Positions 59,767 through 64,000 of a DNA stretch of 64,000 nucleotides are shown in pieces. Under the pieces are notes generated by a model. That model searched no databases and was not told the origin of the DNA. It saw nothing but the letters and a program-made list of their open reading frames with translations. The DNA is from Polyangiaceae bacterium. Its GTDB lineage: Bacteria > Myxococcota_A > Polyangia > Polyangiales > Polyangiaceae. The first letter of the stretch is position 1. Each line of letters begins with the position of its first letter. The stretch is taken from the NCBI GenBank assembly GCA_965222375.1, contig CBDCTZ010000013.1:704001-768000 (forward strand), in the 5' to 3' direction. A program made the translations under genes and the position numbers.

Positions 59767-60795
59767 ATGGAGCATATTGGAGTCGATCTGGGTGGAAAAC
59801 AATCGCAGGTGTGTGTGCGGGCCGCGGACGAAGGAATTCTGCTGGAGAAGAGGATCGCGACCAGCAGTTTGATGTGCTTCTTTCAGCACCAGCCCAAGAG
59901 CCGAATTGTACTGGAAACGTGTTCGGAAGCATTCCGAGTCGCCGACTGGGCTCTGGAATGTGGACACGAGGTGCGTGTGGTCCCAGCAACGTTGGTGCGC
60001 AGTTTGGGGGTCGGGGCTCGAGGCATCAAGACCGACCGGCGCGATGCGCAGGTCCTCAGCGAAGTCTCGTGCCGTATCGACTTGCCATCGGTGCACATCC
60101 CGGCGGAGCAGGCTCGCGACAGACGCACGATGTGCGCAATGCGCGAGCAACTGCTTGGTGCACGCACGGCATTGGCAAATGCAGTGCAAGGCTGGAGGCG
60201 TACGCAACTGTTGAAAATGTGCTCCGGCGAGCCCACGACCTTGCCCACACGCCTCCGCGCTGCAGCCCTCGCTCATCCCGATGGATTGCCGCAGCACGTC
60301 GAGCGTCTTTTGCAGGCCATCGAAGCTCTCAACGTGCAGATCAAGGAAGCCAACGAGGAGCTCAGGGCCCTGGCGAAGAAGGACCCAGTCTGTCAGCGTC
60401 TCATGACGGTGCCCGGTATCGGTCCGGCAACCAGCATGCGCTTTGTGGCAGCACTCGACGACAGGACACGTTTTCCGAGCGCTCACTCTGTCGAAGCCTT
60501 TCTTGGGCTGACTCCGGGCGAGAAATCCAGCGGCGATCGTCAGCAACGGCTCGGGATCACCAAGGCCGGACCGGCGATGGTGCGCACCAACTTGGTGCAG
60601 GCGGCGTGGACCTTTCGGCGTACACGGCCCAACGACCCAATGTCCAAGTGGGCAGAGCAAATCGAGCAACGCCGTGGCAAATTCATCGCTACCGTGGCGT
60701 TGGCCCGCAAACTAGCTGGCGTGCTCTTCGCGTTGTGGCGCGACGGCTCTGTATACGAGCTCAACCATCGAAAGGCAGCGCAAACCGTGGCGTAG
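59767..60795 (+). CDS. IS110 family transposase/recombinase
   Basis: RBS gaggag; RuvC-like DEDD motifs IGVDLG, LET, KTDRRDA; VPGIG; LGLTPGEKSSG. Confidence 0.95.
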   Translation: MEHIGVDLGGKQSQVCVRAADEGILLEKRIATSSLMCFFQHQPKSRIVLETCSEAFRVADWALECGHEVRVVPATLVRSLGVGARGIKTDRRDAQVLSEVSCRIDLPSVHIPAEQARDRRTMCAMREQLLGARTALANAVQGWRRTQLLKMCSGEPTTLPTRLRAAALAHPDGLPQHVERLLQAIEALNVQIKEANEELRALAKKDPVCQRLMTVPGIGPATSMRFVAALDDRTRFPSAHSVEAFLGLTPGEKSSGDRQQRLGITKAGPAMVRTNLVQAAWTFRRTRPNDPMSKWAEQIEQRRGKFIATVALARKLAGVLFALWRDGSVYELNHRKAAQTVA

Positions 60796-61140
60796 AAAAC
60801 CTCCAGACTCCGGCAGCCCACAAGGTTGACCTGAGAAAGCCAATCAACGGCTGTCCAGAGGCGGTGAGCGCGTTACTCTCGCTCCAGGCGTCCAGCGAAA
60901 GCTGGCCACGACCTTGTCACGGCGATTGCGCCCCGCCAACGGACCTCCACCTATGCGCCATTGCGAGCGCGAATAGTCGATTCAGACAGCCCGTTCTTGG
61001 TTTCCTCGTCTTCCGACAAGCCACGACCGCGAATAGTCGATTCAGACAGCCTGAGCTGGACTTTCTCCCCAACCAACGCGCTGCCGACGAAGAACTCCCC
61101 TCTACCTCAGGGCGACGGACCACTTTGTTCTGGACGGACA
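60796..61140 (+). ncRNA. Putative bridge/seekRNA-encoding 3' non-coding end of the IS
   Basis: Position is typical of IS1111-type guide RNAs. Local stems: gttga/tcaac, gagcg/cgctc, cgattg/tagtcg. Confidence 0.55.
60968..61051 (+). repeat. Two exact 24-nt direct repeats separated by 36 nt
   Basis: cgcgaatagtcgattcagacagcc at 60968-60991 and 61028-61051. Confidence 0.9.
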
Positions 61141-61479
61141 GGCCACCCCATAGTCGAGAGTAGTGGCCTTGGGCCGAGCAGTGAACCGACCCCAAATTCA
61201 AGAGTCCATGGGTGGCTAGCTGCGACTACGGGCCGCAGTACTCGGTAGCATCCTCGGTGCGTAGCGCGAGCTCGGCGTCGCGATGAACGTCGAACCACGC
61301 TGTACCCAAGTCGATGCTCGAGAGCTCGCCGGTAGTGGCATCTACCAAGAGGGGTGTTCCGGCTTGGATCCTGCCGATGACGTGGTGCTCGCCGTCGCGA
61401 ACGCCCAGCAGCTCCAGGGGCGCCGTGCACTTGCGCCAGGATTCGTGTCCAAAATGGGTGGCGCCGCCGGGTGGAAGCG

Positions 61480-61649
61480 GATTTGTCGACGTCGAAGACA
61501 TCACGGAATTCGTCGAGGCGCAGCGACAGCACGCGACCCCGGCACAGTACCAAGATCTCATCTTGCCCAAAGAGCGTGTGTACCTTGTCGCTGACCAGAG
61601 CGTCGCACGGCGCATCGGGCTAAGCGACCCACCGGCTACCACCGAGTAG
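61480..61649 (+). pseudogene. C-terminal gene fragment resembling DUF4291-family C-termini
   Basis: VDVEDITEFVEAQRQH...LILPKERVYLV...VARRIGL, recognised from memory only; no plausible N-terminus. Confidence 0.4.
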
Positions 61650-61686
61650 AACAATTCGGCCACTCCGGCTGTGCTAAACTGGAAAC

Positions 61687-62709
61687 GTGCAAAAGCTCCT
61701 CTCGTTGTGTTTCGTCGCGGTCCTTGGTTGCAGTAGCTCGGGCTCCGGTGGCGGTGGACCTGTCGATGGGGGTGGAGGCGCACAGACCGGCGGCAGCGGC
61801 GGCTCGGGGCTGACGGGCACCGGGGGCGCTGCGACCGGCGGGGCGAATACCGGTGGCGGCGGTGGAGTTGCCACGGGCGGCGTGGGCGGCAGCTTTCCCC
61901 CGGGCTGCGTCACCGACGGAGCCGCGAATGTATGCGCTCGCTGGAAGGCGGACCGGGCAGATCTGAGTGAAGGCACATGGAGCGGCAGCGTTTCGTCCTG
62001 CAATCCCGGGGATATCTCCGCCGAGGGCCGCGCCAACGCCCTCAAGTTGGTGAACCTGTATCGCTACATGACGGGCTTGCCGACGGTCACGACGGATCCG
62101 ACCCGGGACGCCAAGGCGCAAGCCTGTGCCCTGATGATGAAGGCCGAAGGCAAGCTCTCTCATTCGCCCGGCCCGAGTTGGGCTTGCTATAGCGCGGATG
62201 GTGACGAAGCGGCCGGCAAGAGCAACATCTCGAGCGGCCGCGGCGTCGGCGCCGTGGACCGCTACATGCGAGACAACGGCAACCTGACCACCATGGGTCA
62301 CCGTCGTTGGATCATCTCGAATAGCTTGAACAACATCGGGCTGGGTTCGACGGATGGCGCGTCGTGCATGTGGGTCATTGGAGGTGGCGGCAAGGCGCAG
62401 CGCAAGTGGACCGCCTGGCCTCCTGCCGGCGACGTGCCCTTCGAGCACATCGACTACATCAAGGGCACGGGTTGGACCATTCAGAGCAGCGATGTCGATC
62501 TCGACAATGCCAGCGTGAAGATCACCGACGGCGATGGCAACTCAATGCCAGTGACCGTCACCAATCTGCAGCCGAACTTCGGCGCCAAAGACGCGCTGTT
62601 GATCCGCTTGGACGGCTGGCAGGCCCAGGCTGGCAAGGCCTACGCCGTCGAAGTCACCGGAGCGAGTGAGCCCATTTGCTACGTCGTCAACGTCGTCAGC
62701 TGCGGCTAG
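61687..62709 (+). CDS. Lipoprotein with a CAP/SCP-like domain, paralog of 10589-11809
   Basis: VLGC lipobox; RANALKLVNLYR, LSHSP, AGKSNI, TMGHRRWI shared with the first copy. Confidence 0.85.
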   Translation: MQKLLSLCFVAVLGCSSSGSGGGGPVDGGGGAQTGGSGGSGLTGTGGAATGGANTGGGGGVATGGVGGSFPPGCVTDGAANVCARWKADRADLSEGTWSGSVSSCNPGDISAEGRANALKLVNLYRYMTGLPTVTTDPTRDAKAQACALMMKAEGKLSHSPGPSWACYSADGDEAAGKSNISSGRGVGAVDRYMRDNGNLTTMGHRRWIISNSLNNIGLGSTDGASCMWVIGGGGKAQRKWTAWPPAGDVPFEHIDYIKGTGWTIQSSDVDLDNASVKITDGDGNSMPVTVTNLQPNFGAKDALLIRLDGWQAQAGKAYAVEVTGASEPICYVVNVVSCG

Positions 62710-62789
62710 TGGCGCCGCGACCAGCGTCAACGTCGTGAGCTGCGGCTAGTGGCGCCGCGACCAGCGTCAACGTCGTGAGCTGCGGCTAG
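62685..62789 (+). repeat. 40-bp tandem repeat, ~2.6 copies, spanning the CAP gene stop codon
   Basis: Unit cgtcaacgtcgt(c/g)agctgcggctagtggcgccgcgaccag. Confidence 0.92.
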
Positions 62790-62879
62790 GAGCGCGGAGG
62801 CTAGCGCCCACGGCCTCGGAGCGAAGCGGCGCGACGTCTTCTGGTTTCAACGCGCAAGGAGGCGTTGTAAGCCTGCCCA

Positions 62880-64000
62880 ATGGCTACTCCCCAGATCCCC
62901 GAGCGCGCTCGCGTGATCGTGATTGGCGGCGGCATCATCGGCACGTCGGTTGCGTACCACCTGGCTCATGCCGGCTGGAAAGACGTCGTGCTCCTAGAGC
63001 GGGATCGGCTAACCTCCGGCACGACCTGGCATGCTGCGGGGTTGGTCGTCACCTTCGGTTCCACCAGTGAGACCTCCACCGAGTTCCGCAAATACACCCG
63101 CGACCTGTACACGAGGCTGGAGGCCGAAACCGGGCAGTCCACGGGTTTCAAAGCGACGGGGTTCATCGAGATCGCCGCAGACGCCGACCGCCTGGAGGAG
63201 TACCGACGGGTAGCTGCCTTCAATCGCTACTGCGGCGTGGACGTGCACGAGATATCCGCCGAGGAGGTGGGCGAGCTTTTTCCCCTGGCGCGGACCGATG
63301 ACATCCTCGCCGGTTTCTACGTAGAGGAAGATGGTCGGGCCAACCCCGTGGACGCGACCATGGCCCTGGCCAAGGGCGCCCGCATGCAAGGGGCGAAGCT
63401 GATTGAAGAAGTCGCTGTGACGAAACTGCTGACCAAAGGCGGTGCCGTGACCGGGGTTTCGACAGACCTTGGGGACATCGAAGCCGAGTATGTCGTCAAC
63501 TGCACGGGAATGTGGGCGCGTCAGTTGGGCGGCAAGGCCGGCGTGAAAATTCCGCTGCAAGCCGCCGAGCACTACTATTTGATCACCGAAAAGATCGCCG
63601 ACATGAGCGCCGACTTTCCCGTTCTGGAAGATCCGGCGTCTCACGCTTACTACCGAGAAGAGGTAGGCGGGCTGATGATTGGTCTTTTCGAGCCCATCTG
63701 CGCGCCCTGGAGGGTGGAAGGGATCCCCGACGACTTTTCTTTCGGTGAAATCTCGCCGGACTGGGATCGCATGACGCCGTACCTGCAAACGGCGATGAGT
63801 CGAGTGCCCGTCTCGTTGGAAACCGGCGTCAAGAAGTTCTTCTGCGGCCCGGAAAGCTTCACCCCTGATCTGCAACCCCTCGTGGGTGAAGCGCCGGAGC
63901 TAAGGAACTACTTCGTCGCTGCGGGCCTGAACTCCATCGGCATCATCACAGCTGGCGGAATAGGTCGCATGCTCGCCCATTGGATCATGACGGGCCGCCC
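62880..64000 (+). CDS. GcvT-family FAD-dependent oxidoreductase (sarcosine/dimethylglycine dehydrogenase-like), 3'-truncated by the window edge
   Basis: ATG 62880: VIVIGGGIIG, LTSGTTWHAAGL, CGPESFTPD, AGLNSIGI. Absent from the ORF track because it has no stop codon in the window. Confidence 0.92.
   Translation, partial: MATPQIPERARVIVIGGGIIGTSVAYHLAHAGWKDVVLLERDRLTSGTTWHAAGLVVTFGSTSETSTEFRKYTRDLYTRLEAETGQSTGFKATGFIEIAADADRLEEYRRVAAFNRYCGVDVHEISAEEVGELFPLARTDDILAGFYVEEDGRANPVDATMALAKGARMQGAKLIEEVAVTKLLTKGGAVTGVSTDLGDIEAEYVVNCTGMWARQLGGKAGVKIPLQAAEHYYLITEKIADMSADFPVLEDPASHAYYREEVGGLMIGLFEPICAPWRVEGIPDDFSFGEISPDWDRMTPYLQTAMSRVPVSLETGVKKFFCGPESFTPDLQPLVGEAPELRNYFVAAGLNSIGIITAGGIGRMLAHWIMTGR

Larger units (their letters stand above)
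59540..61153 (+). mobile_element. IS110-family insertion sequence, IS1111-type (sub-terminal inverted repeats)
   Basis: 10-bp IRs atggggtggc (59545-59554) and gccaccccat (61142-61151); shared AG at both junctions; ~360-nt 3' non-coding region. Confidence 0.85.

Noticed and set aside
60968..61051. CRISPR array
   Set aside because: Only two repeats, no cas genes, and it lies inside an IS end. Kept only as a repeat finding.
59481..61163. 560-aa alternative-frame ORF and 305-aa antisense ORF over the IS
   Set aside because: Typical high-GC shadow ORFs overlapping a clear transposase; no recognisable motifs.
62685..62789. CRISPR array
   Set aside because: The would-be spacers are identical and only 15 nt long; this is a simple tandem repeat.
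62790..62879. Glycine riboswitch upstream of the GcvT-family gene
   Set aside because: The leader is short and lacks the GGAGA/CCGAAG/CUCUCAGG core motifs.

Overview
High-GC bacterial chromosome segment. The gene content points to Myxococcota, probably Polyangiaceae/Sorangiineae-like (inference): Gly/Cys-rich lipoproteins, a Ser/Thr kinase-PEGA pair, FHA-GGDEF, PilZ, CAP and L,D-transpeptidase paralogs. About 55 CDS are present, including ruvB, amtB, ftsH, a FadB-like enzyme, an amidase, a cobalamin-binding radical SAM protein, REC-EAL and FHA-GGDEF, an HTH-MNT/HEPN-like toxin-antitoxin pair with a frameshifted HEPN gene, and a partial GcvT-family gene at the right edge. There is also a tRNA-Arg(CCT). 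The most striking feature is a ~1.8 kb region without a credible gene (about 34797-36600). It folds preferentially on the minus strand, with many GNRA-capped hairpins whose G-U pairs work only on that strand. It holds two tandem ~420-520 nt segments sharing ordered motifs and ends in a minus-strand intrinsic terminator, so it is a candidate large structured ncRNA that I cannot assign to a known class. Other notable items are an IS110-family (IS1111-type) element inserted in a dispersed REP-like repeat, with a long 3' non-coding region (putative bridge/seekRNA) carrying a 24-nt direct repeat; a tandem structured motif upstream of amtB; and several palindromes and decayed genes. All calls were made by eye, with no database searches.
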